DNA from: an uncultured delta proteobacterium
GTDB lineage: Bacteria > Myxococcota > Kuafuiibacteriia > Kuafuiibacteriales > Kuafuiibacteriaceae
Direction: 5' to 3'
DNA: 64,000 nt
Assembly (NCBI GenBank): GCA_963803435.1
Contig: CAWDML010000009.1
Location: 480,001-544,000, forward strand
The notes beneath the pieces are model-generated. The model did no database searches. It had not been told where the DNA came from and was given only the letters and a program-made list of their open reading frames with translations. Position numbers and translations under genes: made by a program. This document shows, one piece after another, positions 1-9,911 of this stretch; within the stretch, counting starts at the first letter, position 1; each line of letters begins with the position of its first letter.

Positions 1-181
1 TCGCAACTCCGTGGGCGGTCCGCTGCGCGTGAATCGTGAACCCTCCGCGGCCTCGCCCCGGCGGCGCAGGATGCCTCCACCCTCGTGGGTGTTGCATAGG
101 CCCCCGTTTTTCGCGTGCTCGACTCCCGCCGTGTCGGCTGATGGCGGAACACATTCTGCTCCGCTCATCGAGCGACTCACC

Positions 182-2176
182 ATGCGCAAGATCGATTCGA
201 CGATTCCGCTGGCCGAGCTCGGAGCTGCTGCACAGAAGGCGCGCGAGCGATCGGCGCTCGAGATCGCTGTGGAGAGGGCGGCGGCCCACCTTCGATCGCT
301 ACAGGCGGAGGATGGTCACTGGTGCGGCGAGCTCGAGGGCAACAGCATCCTCGAGTCCGAATACCTGTTGATGCTCCGCTTCCTCGGCCGGTGGGACGAC
401 GCGCGGGTTGCGAAGGCCTGCGCGCTGATTCGGCGCCTCCAGAACGACGACGGGGGATGGTCGATCCACCCCGGCGGTCCTGCCGACGTCAGCACGTCGG
501 TGAAGGCGTACTTCGTCCTCAAGCTCGCGGGCGATCGCGCCGACGCGCCCCACCTGGAGCGTGCGCGGGCGCGAATCTTGGCGCTGGGCGGGATCGACGC
601 TGCCAACTCCTTCACCAAGATCGAACTCGCGATCTTCGGCCAGTTTCCGTGGGAGCGCTGCCCGGCCATCCCGCCCGAGATGATCCTTCTGCCCGACCGC
701 TTCCCCTTCAACATCTACTCGATGTCCTCCTGGTCGAGGGTCATGGTGGTGCCGCTCAGCATCATCTGGGCGCACCGGCCGGTGCACCTGATCCCTCCGA
801 AGCTCGGGATCGCCGAGCTCCGCGCGCCGGCCGGTGCGACCGGCCCGACCGGCCCGATCGGCCCGATCGGCCCGACCGGACGTGAGCGCTCGCTCGAGGG
901 TCGGCTCTGGCGCGGCTTCTTCCGCCTCGTCGATCGGGCGCTCTGGAAGATGGAGCGCTGGCCCCACTCCTGGATGCGGCGCCGCGCGCTCGAACGCGCG
1001 GAGCGCTGGGTCCTCGACCGCATGGAGAGGTGCGACGGGATCGGAGCGATCTTCCCGCCGATCGTGAACAGCGTCTACGCGCTGCGATGCCTGGGCTACT
1101 CCGTCGATCATCCTCACCTCGCCCGGCAGCTCGCGGAGCTGAGGAGGCTCGAGATCGAGGACGGCGAGACGCTGCGGGTACAGCCTTGCGCGGGCGCCAC
1201 CTGGGACACCGCGCTCGCGCTCGGCGCGCTGCTCGACGTGGACGGTGGTCTCGGGTCGGCGACGGCGGTGCGGCGGGCGGCGCGCTGGCTGGTCGACCGC
1301 GAGGTGCGCGAGCCCGGCGACTGGCAGCGGAAGACGGACGGCGCGCAGCCCGGGGGCTGGTCCTTTCAGGCTCAGAACGAGCTCAACCCGGACTGTGACG
1401 ACACCGCCGAGGTGCTGGCGGCGATCGCGCGGGTCGAGGGCCTGGATTCCCTGGAGTCGTGGCGGACGAAGGCGGCGGCGGCTCGAGGCTCGAGCTGGCT
1501 GCTGGCGATGCAGAGCGACGACGGCGGGTGGGCGGCCTTCGATCGCAACTGCGATCAGCGCGCGCTCACCTACGTCCCGTTCGCGGACCACAACGCGATG
1601 ATCGATCCGAGCACCGAGGACGTCACCGGACGTGCGTTGGTGGCGCTGAATCGGATGGGCGTGCCCCGGTCGCACCCGGCGGTGCGGAGCGCCGTGCGCT
1701 TCCTCGAGCGCGCGCAGCAGCCCGACGGCACCTGGTACGGCCGCTGGGGATGCAACTATCTGTATGGGACGTATCTGGCGCTGTCGGGCCTCCGGGCGGC
1801 AGGCGAGGATCTGCGCCGGCCGCGGTATCGCCGGTCCCTGGACTGGATCCGCGCCCACCAGAACGCCGACGGAGGCTGGGGCGAGTCCTTCGCCTCGTAC
1901 GCCGATCCGGCCACCAAGGGGATCGGCGAGAGCACGGCCGCGCAGACGGCCTGGGCGCTGCTCGGCCTGTTCGCCGGCGGCGATCACGTCTCGGATTCGG
2001 TCCATCGCGGCGTCGAATATCTGCTCGAGCGCCAGGACCCCGACGGGCGCTGGCGCGATCGCCCGTGGACCGGCACCGGCTTTCCCGAGGTCTTCTATCT
2101 CCGCTACGACCTCTATCCCCTCTACTTCCCGCTGAAGGCGCTGGCGGTGCATCTCCGAGGAGGAGCTTCGCGATGA
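182..2176 (+). CDS. shc: squalene-hopene cyclase
   Basis: DCDDTA (DXDD) catalytic motif, several QW repeats (QNDDGGW, QSDDGGW, QQPDGTW, QNADGGW), GTGFPEVFYLRY C-terminus. Start placed at ATG 182. Confidence 0.97.
   Translation: MRKIDSTIPLAELGAAAQKARERSALEIAVERAAAHLRSLQAEDGHWCGELEGNSILESEYLLMLRFLGRWDDARVAKACALIRRLQNDDGGWSIHPGGPADVSTSVKAYFVLKLAGDRADAPHLERARARILALGGIDAANSFTKIELAIFGQFPWERCPAIPPEMILLPDRFPFNIYSMSSWSRVMVVPLSIIWAHRPVHLIPPKLGIAELRAPAGATGPTGPIGPIGPTGRERSLEGRLWRGFFRLVDRALWKMERWPHSWMRRRALERAERWVLDRMERCDGIGAIFPPIVNSVYALRCLGYSVDHPHLARQLAELRRLEIEDGETLRVQPCAGATWDTALALGALLDVDGGLGSATAVRRAARWLVDREVREPGDWQRKTDGAQPGGWSFQAQNELNPDCDDTAEVLAAIARVEGLDSLESWRTKAAAARGSSWLLAMQSDDGGWAAFDRNCDQRALTYVPFADHNAMIDPSTEDVTGRALVALNRMGVPRSHPAVRSAVRFLERAQQPDGTWYGRWGCNYLYGTYLALSGLRAAGEDLRRPRYRRSLDWIRAHQNADGGWGESFASYADPATKGIGESTAAQTAWALLGLFAGGDHVSDSVHRGVEYLLERQDPDGRWRDRPWTGTGFPEVFYLRYDLYPLYFPLKALAVHLRGGASR
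838..881 (+). repeat. in-frame 9-bp tandem repeat inside shc (TGPTGPIGPIGPTG)
   Basis: About 5 copies of gaccggccc/gatcggccc. Confidence 0.8.
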
Positions 2177-3179
2177 GACATCCGATGCATCTCGCGGTCG
2201 ACATGGTGTGGCATCAGCTGAAGAACGCGCTCCGAGGGGCGGAAGCGGTTATCCGTTCGTCCTGATGCTGGAGCCGCTCTACACCTGCAACCTGGCCTGC
2301 ATAGGCTGCACCCCCGAGCGCCACACCGGCAGGCTCGACGATCGCCTGCCCGGTCGTCGGACTGCCTCGAGGCGGTGGAGGACTGCGGCGCGCCGATGGT
2401 CTCGATCTGCGGAGGCGAGCCGACGCTCTATCCCGAGCTGCCGGAGCTGGTCGACGGCATCATCGCCCGGCGCGGCACATCTACCTCTGCACGAACGGTC
2501 TGCTGCTCGACACGCAAGGTGTTCGGGACGATCGCCCCCGCAGCGAGCGGCTCACCGATCAACGTGCACCTCGACGGCATGCGCGAGACGCACGACACGG
2601 TCTGCGCCCGCGAGGGTGTCTTCGACAAGGCGGTGGCGATGATCGCGGAGGGCGAAGCAGCTCGGCTACCACGTCGTCACCAACACCACCGTCTTCAAGG
2701 AGACGAGGATCGACGAGATCGAGGCGCTCTGCGCCAGCTCGTACCGAGCCTCGGCGATCGACGGGATGCTGATCTCGCCCGGCTACCACTACGAGAGCGT
2801 GTCGAACGACATCTTCCTCACCCGCAAGGAGATCCAGGCGAAGTTCCAGCGGATCCTGGAGCTGGCGAAGCGCTTCCGGCTGACCTCCACGCCGATGTTC
2901 CTCGAGTTCGCGGCCGGCCTCAGGGACTACGCCTGCTCGCCCTGGAGCACGGTGACGTTCACGCCGCAGGGCTGGAAGGCGCCCTGCTACCTGATCGGCA
3001 ACGAGTACACGTTCGACTGGAGCGACGTTCTGGGAGGGCACCGACTGGGACTACTGGGAGTCGCGCCAGGATCGACTCTGTCAGAACTGCGCGATGCACT
3101 CGGGTTCGAGGCGTCGGCGGTGCGAGCGCTGGGAAGGAGCCCTCGGGACATGGTCCGCATGGTCCTGTGGAATCTATGA
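2173..3179 (+). CDS. hpnH: hopanoid radical SAM adenosyl-hopane synthase HpnH, multiply frameshifted
   Basis: LMLEPLYTCNLACIGC (CxxxCxxC), VSICGGEP, NVHLDG, ISPGYHYE and CSPW segments lie in different frames; ATGA overlaps with shc and hpnA. Confidence 0.88.
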
Positions 3180-4111
3180 GGCGGAACCTGGTGACCGGCG
3201 CGACCGGGTTCATCGGGTCGCACGTGGTCAGGGCGCTCCTGGACCGCAAGGAGGAGGTGCGCTGTCTGGTGCGCCCCGGGAGACGCCGCGACGCGCTGGC
3301 GTCGCTCGGCGTCGAGCTCGCGACCGGCGAGCTGGACCAGCGCGAGAGCCTGGTGGACGCCGCGCGGGGGTGCGACGCCGTCTTTCACTGCGCGGCCGAC
3401 TATCGCCTGTTCGCTCGCCGTCCCGCCGAGCTCTACGTGACGAACGTCGGCGGCACCGAGAACGTGCTGTCCGTTTGCGCCCAGCTGGGCGTCTCGAGCG
3501 TCGTCTACACCAGCTCGGTCGCCACCATGGGCCCGCTGGTCGGACACTACAAGCGGAGCAAGTTCCTCGCCGAAGAGGTCGCTCTCGCCTGGTACCGGCG
3601 GGGCCTCCCGGTCGTGATCGTGAATCCTTCCACGCCGGTCGGCGAGGGTGACGGGCGACCCACGCCGACGGGCCGGATCATCGTCGACTTTCTCGCTGGT
3701 CGAATGCCCGCCTATGTCGACACCGGTCTCAACCTGATCGACGTCCGCGACGTCGCTGCGGGCCACGTGCTGGCGCGCGATCGCGGCACGGCCGGCGCGC
3801 GGTATCTGCTCGCGCATCGAAACATGACGCTCGCCGCGCTCCTGGCCGTGCTGTCGGAGATCTCGGGCCGCCCGGCTCCACGGCTCGAGCTGCCTCACTT
3901 CGTCCCGCTGGTCTGGGGTGCGATCGACACGCTGATCGCGCGCGCGCTGGATCGTACGCCGCGGGTTCCGCTCGAGGCCGTACGCATGTCGAGGAAGAAG
4001 ATGTTCTTCGACGGCACGCCGTCGGCGCGCGCGCTCGGACTGTCGCGTGGCCCGGTCGAGCCGGCGCTGGCCCGCGCCGTGGCGTGGTTTCGGACGCATC
4101 GTTACGTGTGA
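3176..4111 (+). CDS. hpnA: hopanoid-associated NAD-dependent epimerase/dehydratase HpnA
   Basis: VTGATGFIG, HCAADYRL, YKRSK and PTPTGRIIVDF motifs; hopanoid operon context. Confidence 0.9.
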   Translation: MRRNLVTGATGFIGSHVVRALLDRKEEVRCLVRPGRRRDALASLGVELATGELDQRESLVDAARGCDAVFHCAADYRLFARRPAELYVTNVGGTENVLSVCAQLGVSSVVYTSSVATMGPLVGHYKRSKFLAEEVALAWYRRGLPVVIVNPSTPVGEGDGRPTPTGRIIVDFLAGRMPAYVDTGLNLIDVRDVAAGHVLARDRGTAGARYLLAHRNMTLAALLAVLSEISGRPAPRLELPHFVPLVWGAIDTLIARALDRTPRVPLEAVRMSRKKMFFDGTPSARALGLSRGPVEPALARAVAWFRTHRYV

Positions 4112-4121
4112 GGAGAGTGCC

Positions 4122-5078
4122 GTGGAAACGAAGCCTTTGATCGCCCTCCATCCGGAGCGCGCCCTCGCCCGAAAGCTGATCATCCAGATCCCCTGTTACA
4201 ACGAGGAGGAGTCCCTGCCGTCGACCCTCGCGGCGCTGCCGAGGACCCTCCCCGGGATCGGTCGGATCGAGTGGCTCGTCGTCGACGACGGGAGCACCGA
4301 CGGCACCTGTAGGGTGGCGCGACGCTGCGGTGCCGACTACGTGCTCGAGCAGCCGAAGCACGGCGGGCTGGCGCTCGCCTTCACCGCCGGTGTGCGCGCC
4401 GCCCTGCGCGCCGGCGCCGACGTCATCGTCAACACCGACGCCGACAACCAGTATTGCGCCGACGACATCGGGCGCCTGATCCGTCCCGTTCTCGACGGCG
4501 AAGCGGACCTGGTCGTGGGAGCCCGGCCGATCGATCAGACCGATCACTTCTCCCCGGTGAAGAAGCGCCTCCAGCACCTGGGGAGCTGGTTGGTCCGCCT
4601 CCTCAGCGGCACCGACGTCCCCGACGCTCCCAGCGGTTTTCGCGCCCTCAGCCGCGAGGCCGCGCTCCGCATCAACGTCTTCAGCGATTACACATACACG
4701 CTCGAGACGCTCATCCAGGCCGGGCGCGCGGGCCTGCGCGTGCGCTCGGTACCGATCAAGACGAACGGGCCCACGCGGCCCTCGCGGCTGATGCGCAGCA
4801 CCGCCTCCTACGTGCTTCGTTCGCTGGGCACGCTGCTGGTGATCGCGATGGTGTACCGGCCGCTGGCGTTCTTCTTCGGCGTCGGCCTGCTCCCGGTCGC
4901 GGCCGCCCTGGTGGTCCTCCTCGCGAGCCCGACGACGGCGGGCCTCCTCTTCCTCTTGGGCGCGGCCACCTGGCTGTTCGGGTTGCTGGCCGAGCTGACC
5001 GCGGTGAATCGGAAGATCCTCGAGGAGCTCCAGCTGAAGAACCGGCGCGACGAGCTGGCGCCCAGGAATCGCAGATGA
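4122..5078 (+). CDS. GT2 glycosyltransferase (polyprenol-phosphate glycosyltransferase-like)
   Basis: IQIPCYNEE, VDDGSTD, NTDADNQY, DAPSGFRA and C-terminal TM helices; GAGGAG RBS before GTG 4122. Confidence 0.88.
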   Translation: METKPLIALHPERALARKLIIQIPCYNEEESLPSTLAALPRTLPGIGRIEWLVVDDGSTDGTCRVARRCGADYVLEQPKHGGLALAFTAGVRAALRAGADVIVNTDADNQYCADDIGRLIRPVLDGEADLVVGARPIDQTDHFSPVKKRLQHLGSWLVRLLSGTDVPDAPSGFRALSREAALRINVFSDYTYTLETLIQAGRAGLRVRSVPIKTNGPTRPSRLMRSTASYVLRSLGTLLVIAMVYRPLAFFFGVGLLPVAAALVVLLASPTTAGLLFLLGAATWLFGLLAELTAVNRKILEELQLKNRRDELAPRNRR

Positions 5079-6667
5079 GCGCCGACCTGCTGCTGGAGAC
5101 CGCCCTGGCGGCGATCCCCAAGATGCTGACGCTGCAGGATCGCGATCCCCACAGCCCGACCCACGGCTGCTTCGACCGCAACTTCTGGCACTACCGCATC
5201 ATCGATTTCTCGAGCGGCATGGCGCAGGAGATGGTGTGGCCCCTCGCGCTGGCCTGGGACACGCGGTCCGCCGCGAACCCGTACCATGGCGCCGCCGACG
5301 TCCGCGACGCGGTGCAGGCGGGGATCCGGTACGCCGCCCGCAGCAGCCGGCGCGACGGCTCCTGCGACGACTACTACCCCTTCGAGCGGGCCGCCGGCGC
5401 CGCCGCCTTCTCGCTGCTCGCGTGCATCGAGGCGGCGAACCTGATCGAGCTCGACGACGACGAGGTGCGATCGTTCATCGAGCGCCGCGCCGGCTGGCTC
5501 GCCGCGAACCGGGAGAGCGGCCGGCTCAGCAACCACGAGGCGCTGATCGCGCTGTGTCTGGAGCGGGCGGGTCGCCGGCTCGGGACCGATCGCCTTCGTG
5601 CGGCCGCGGAGGAGCGCCTCGAGCGGGTCCTCTCGTGGCAGGATGACGAAGGCTGGTTCGACGAGTACGGCGGCTGCGATCCGGGGTACCTGACGCTGAC
5701 GATCTCGGCGCTCGCGCAGCTTCACGAGACCCGCCCCGACGCTCGGCTCCAACTCGCCCTCGAGCGCGCGGTCCGCTTCGCCGGCGAGCTGATCCATCCC
5801 GACGGTTCGTTCGGCGGCGAGTACGGGAGCCGCAACACGCTCGCCTTCTTCCCCGACGGGTTCGAGCGCGTCGGACGCTGGATGCCGGAGGCGCTGGCCC
5901 TCGACGATCGCTTCCTCCTCGGCCTCGCCGGCGGCCGCTTCGCCTGCCACGACGACGACCACCTGCTCGGACATCACGCCTGGAGCTTCCTCGCGGCGTT
6001 CCGCAACTTCCATCCGGTGAGGCCGTCGCCGTTCCCCCGCCGGCAGGGCCGGTCGTACTACCCGAACGCCGGGATCTTGATCGATCGGCGCGGCGGTCGC
6101 GAGCTCTACGTGGGCCTCCACAAGGGCGGCGTGATCAAGCTGTTCAGGGACGGCGTGCCCGCACTCTCCGACACGCAGGTCTCGGTGGTGGTGGGTCGAG
6201 GACGGGCCAGGCGGAACGCCGTCGGCCATCTTCCGATCGGCACGCGGCTCCTCATCGAGCGCGACGCGGTCACCATCGAGGGACGGCTCGGCTGGGCGAA
6301 GTCGGCGAGGATGACCCCGGGGCGGCTGGTGCTCTCGCGGATCGTCATGCTCACCGTGGGACGGTTCGCGCCGGGGCTGATCCGGCGTCTCCTCCAGCGA
6401 ATGCTGATCACGGAGCGGCGATCCGCACCGTTCGCGTTCGCGCGCCGCATCTACTGGGACGGCGAGGACTGGTGCGTGAGGGACGAGGTCAGGGCGCGCT
6501 CGTGGCGGGACGTGGTGCGCGCCGGGATCGGGGCGGAGCAGACCTCGATCTATGTCGCCATGAGCAGGACCTATCGGCGAGGTCAGAGCGCCCGCTGGCT
6601 CGATCTGACCGAGCGCGTGGCGCGGCTCGCGCCCGGTGATCCGCTGATCCTCGATCGGAGGCTGTGA
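5075..6667 (+). CDS. hypothetical protein, probably helical-toroid N-terminus and beta-rich C-terminus
   Basis: 530-aa ORF translationally coupled to neighbours; QDDEGWFDEYGG and HPDGSFGGEYGSRNT segments. Fold is inferred. Confidence 0.7.
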   Translation: MSADLLLETALAAIPKMLTLQDRDPHSPTHGCFDRNFWHYRIIDFSSGMAQEMVWPLALAWDTRSAANPYHGAADVRDAVQAGIRYAARSSRRDGSCDDYYPFERAAGAAAFSLLACIEAANLIELDDDEVRSFIERRAGWLAANRESGRLSNHEALIALCLERAGRRLGTDRLRAAAEERLERVLSWQDDEGWFDEYGGCDPGYLTLTISALAQLHETRPDARLQLALERAVRFAGELIHPDGSFGGEYGSRNTLAFFPDGFERVGRWMPEALALDDRFLLGLAGGRFACHDDDHLLGHHAWSFLAAFRNFHPVRPSPFPRRQGRSYYPNAGILIDRRGGRELYVGLHKGGVIKLFRDGVPALSDTQVSVVVGRGRARRNAVGHLPIGTRLLIERDAVTIEGRLGWAKSARMTPGRLVLSRIVMLTVGRFAPGLIRRLLQRMLITERRSAPFAFARRIYWDGEDWCVRDEVRARSWRDVVRAGIGAEQTSIYVAMSRTYRRGQSARWLDLTERVARLAPGDPLILDRRL

Positions 6668-6670
6668 GCC

Positions 6671-9163
6671 ATGAAGAAGCTGGTCTCCCTCGCCGCCAGC
6701 GCCTCGCTCCTCGCGGTGATCTACGTGCGCCTCGACACCTCCGAGCTGTCGCGCGCGATCGGGGGCGCGGACCTCCGCTGGCTCGCGCTCGCGATCCTCC
6801 TGTTCGTGCCGATCGTGCTGGTGAGCGCGCTGCGGCTGCGGACGCTGGCGCCGGAGCGGGCGGCGCTGGGGATCGGCGAGGCCTCGCGGCTGATCATGGC
6901 GGCCGGCGCCCTCAACATGGTCCTGCCCTCGAAGATGGGGGACCTGGCCAAAGCCGAGTTCATGCGCCGCGAAGGCACGCTCGACGGCGCGGGCGCGCTG
7001 GTCCTGGTGGTCTTCGAGAAAGCGTTCGACGTGCTGGCGCTGTTGCTCTGGTGCGCCTTCGGGCTGCTGATCGACCACCGCCGCGCCTTCGCGCTGGTGG
7101 CGGCGATCGTCGCGCTGACGGCCGCTGCGGTGGTGACGGTCCTGGCCTCGCGGGCGGTGGCGGGGCTGGCGTTCGGAGGCGCCGCCCGCGTCCTCCCCGC
7201 CCGCTTCGCGCCGGCGGTCGAGCGCGCGAAGAACGCGTGGTCCGAGGCCCAGTCGGCGCTCTCAGGTGACCCCGCGCGGACGCTGCGGGTGGTCGCGCTC
7301 TCGATCGGGCTCTGGTCGATCCACCTGGTCCAGATCTGGATCTTCATCCTGGCGCTCGGCGGCTCGGTTCCGCTGATCACCGAGATGGCGCTGGCTCCCC
7401 TCGCCATCTTCGCCGGCCTGGTCCCGCTGACGCTGGCGGGGATCGGCACGCGCGATGCCGCTCTCCTCCTGCTGTTCTCTTCCGAGCTCGGGGTGCCCCG
7501 TGCCGCCGCGCTGGGCCTCTTGTGCTCGCTCCGGTACCTGATCCCCGCGCTCGTCGGGCTCCCGTTCGCCGGGCGCTACCTGGCCCGAGCGCGGCGCAGC
7601 GCCGAGAGGCGGCCCTCGAGGTCACCGCTGGTCGACCGGGTGGAGATCTGGTTCGGCGCGTCGGTCGCCGCCGGCACGGTGGCGGGGGCGCTGGCGCTTC
7701 GCGAGGCGTTCGCGGGTCCGTACGTGATCCAGGACGACGCCCGGCAGCACGTCTTCTGGATGGCCTCTCTCGTCGACCCGGCGCTGTTTCGTGGCGATCT
7801 GATCGCCGAGTACTTCCGCTCCGTCTCCCCGCCCGGCTTTCGCGCGCTCTACCAGCTCTTCGCGCTCTTCGGTGTGCATCCGCTGTTGCTCGCCAAGCTG
7901 CTCCCCTTCGCCCTCGGCGTGGCCACCGCGGCCCTCGCGTTCGATGTCCTGCGCCGTGCGGGCGCGCGTCCGTTCGTAGCGTTCCTCGGCGCCTGGCTCC
8001 TGGTCCAGAATCTGTTCCTGCTCGACGCGCTCACCAATGCCACGCCGCGCGCGTTCGTCTACCCGCTGTTCCTGCTGCTCCTGCGCGAGCGGATCCGGGG
8101 GTCGCTACCGGGCACCGGAGTGGCCGCAGCCGCGCTCGCGCTCTTCTATCCGCAGGTCGCGCTCGTGGCGGCGCTGGCGCTGGCGCTGTCGGTGGGGTGG
8201 AGCGATCGACGATCGATCGCCGGCGCGGCCCTCGGCATCGCGCTGATCGGCGCGGCCCTCGCGCCCCATCTCGCCGGCGACGGCGGGTTCGGTCCGGTGC
8301 TCTCACGCGGCGTGGCGAAGACGCTCCCAGCGCTTTCGCCCGGAGGTCGGTCCAGCTTCTTCGATCCGGATGCGGCGCGCTTTCTGTTGTGCGGAGAGCG
8401 GAGCGGCCTGCTCCCGCTCGAGTGGTGCCGGGCGCGGGCGATGCTCCTCCCGGCCGCGCCCGTCCTGCTGCTCCTGCTTCCGGTCGCGCTGTTGCTCATG
8501 GCCCCCGCGTTCGATCGCCGCCTCTGGGTCGCGGTCGTCCTCGCCTCGGTGGCGCTGTTCGCCTGCTCGCACCTGCTGTTGTTCCGGATGCACCTCCCGA
8601 ACCGGTATACGCAGCACACTCTGCGGATCCTGCTGGCGCTGGGCGCAGGCGCAGCCGCCGGTCGCGTCGCGCTTTCGCTCCTGGAGCGGAGCCGGCACGG
8701 CGTCCCCGCCGCCCTGCTGGTCGCGTCCGCGTTGATCGCGACGCCCTTCGTCTCGCAGAGGGTCGCCTGGCACGGCTACGTGCACGGCGATCACCCCGGG
8801 CTCTACGCGGCGCTCCGACGGACGCCGAAGGACACCCGGATCGCCTCTCTGTTGCCCGAAGCCGCCAACCTGCCGGCGTTCACCTCCCGCCCGGTGCTGG
8901 TGAGCGTCGAGCACGCGCTCCCCTACCACCTCGGCTACTTCGCGCGCCTCTCGGAGCGCGCGGCCGATCTCTCTTTGGGCGAGTCGACCTCGAGCGCGCG
9001 CGTGCTTCGCGCGGTGATCGAGAAGGATCGGATCGGCGTCTGGCTGGTGGCCCGGCGCGGTCTGATCGCGGGCGCCGCCATCACGGCGCGGGCGGAGGCG
9101 TGCACGATCTATCAGGAGGCCGAGCTGGTCCTCCTCGACGCCCGATGCCTGGCAGGGCGGTGA
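6671..9163 (+). CDS. lysylphosphatidylglycerol-synthase TM (UPF0104) domain fused to a GT-C-like multi-pass membrane domain
   Basis: N-half has LPSKMGDLAK and GIGTRDAA; C-half has QDDARQH after a TM helix, then many TM helices. Confidence 0.7.
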   Translation: MKKLVSLAASASLLAVIYVRLDTSELSRAIGGADLRWLALAILLFVPIVLVSALRLRTLAPERAALGIGEASRLIMAAGALNMVLPSKMGDLAKAEFMRREGTLDGAGALVLVVFEKAFDVLALLLWCAFGLLIDHRRAFALVAAIVALTAAAVVTVLASRAVAGLAFGGAARVLPARFAPAVERAKNAWSEAQSALSGDPARTLRVVALSIGLWSIHLVQIWIFILALGGSVPLITEMALAPLAIFAGLVPLTLAGIGTRDAALLLLFSSELGVPRAAALGLLCSLRYLIPALVGLPFAGRYLARARRSAERRPSRSPLVDRVEIWFGASVAAGTVAGALALREAFAGPYVIQDDARQHVFWMASLVDPALFRGDLIAEYFRSVSPPGFRALYQLFALFGVHPLLLAKLLPFALGVATAALAFDVLRRAGARPFVAFLGAWLLVQNLFLLDALTNATPRAFVYPLFLLLLRERIRGSLPGTGVAAAALALFYPQVALVAALALALSVGWSDRRSIAGAALGIALIGAALAPHLAGDGGFGPVLSRGVAKTLPALSPGGRSSFFDPDAARFLLCGERSGLLPLEWCRARAMLLPAAPVLLLLLPVALLLMAPAFDRRLWVAVVLASVALFACSHLLLFRMHLPNRYTQHTLRILLALGAGAAAGRVALSLLERSRHGVPAALLVASALIATPFVSQRVAWHGYVHGDHPGLYAALRRTPKDTRIASLLPEAANLPAFTSRPVLVSVEHALPYHLGYFARLSERAADLSLGESTSSARVLRAVIEKDRIGVWLVARRGLIAGAAITARAEACTIYQEAELVLLDARCLAGR

Positions 9164-9167
9164 GGCG

Positions 9168-9911
9168 ATGGCGGCCTGGTTCGACACGGCGGTGATCGCG
9201 GCGATGCCCGAGGAGGTGGCGATGCTCGAACGACGTCTCGACGCCCCGTATCGGATCCCGAGCCCTCCCTGCGCGCGCGCGCTCTCGGGGATGCTCTTCG
9301 GCCGGCGGACGGCGGTGCTGGTGAGCGGGGAGGGCGAGCTGGCGGCGCGCACCGCCGTGCGTGCGCTGCTCAATCGGTTCGACGTGCGCCGGGTGGTCAT
9401 CATCGGCCTGGCCGGCGCGATCACCTCCGACCTCCGCTCCGGAGCGTTGGTGCTGGCCAAGCGGGTGGTGGCGAAGAACGGCGGCGTGCTCTTCCCTTCT
9501 GCCGACCTCTACGCACGTGCGCGGGCCGAGCTCGACGCTGTGGAGGTGACTGCGGTCGAGACCGACGTCCTCCTCGACGCCTCCGCCAAGGTCGGGCTGC
9601 GCGATCGGTTGCCGCGCGGGATCTCGGCCGTCGCCGACATGGAGTCCGCCGCGCAGGCGCGGCTGGTGTCGCGGGCCGGGATTCCGTGGCTGGTGATCCG
9701 CGCGATCAGTGACGAGGCCCATGAGTCGTTGCCGCCCTATCTTGCGCGGTGCCGGCGGGTGGACGGGTCGTTCGATCGGCTCTCGATCGTCCGCGGAGCC
9801 CTCTTCCGGCCGCAAGTCTGGCCGACCCTGTGGAGGCTGCGCGGCCGTGTCCGCGCGTGTGCAAGGTGCCTTGCCGATGCGGTAGAGTCAATCGAGAGAC
9901 TCGACCCTTGA
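9168..9911 (+). CDS. hpnG: HpnG-like nucleoside phosphorylase / MTA-SAH nucleosidase
   Basis: IAAMPEE, GLAGA, ADMESAA and IRAISD motifs; hopanoid context. Confidence 0.8.
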   Translation: MAAWFDTAVIAAMPEEVAMLERRLDAPYRIPSPPCARALSGMLFGRRTAVLVSGEGELAARTAVRALLNRFDVRRVVIIGLAGAITSDLRSGALVLAKRVVAKNGGVLFPSADLYARARAELDAVEVTAVETDVLLDASAKVGLRDRLPRGISAVADMESAAQARLVSRAGIPWLVIRAISDEAHESLPPYLARCRRVDGSFDRLSIVRGALFRPQVWPTLWRLRGRVRACARCLADAVESIERLDP

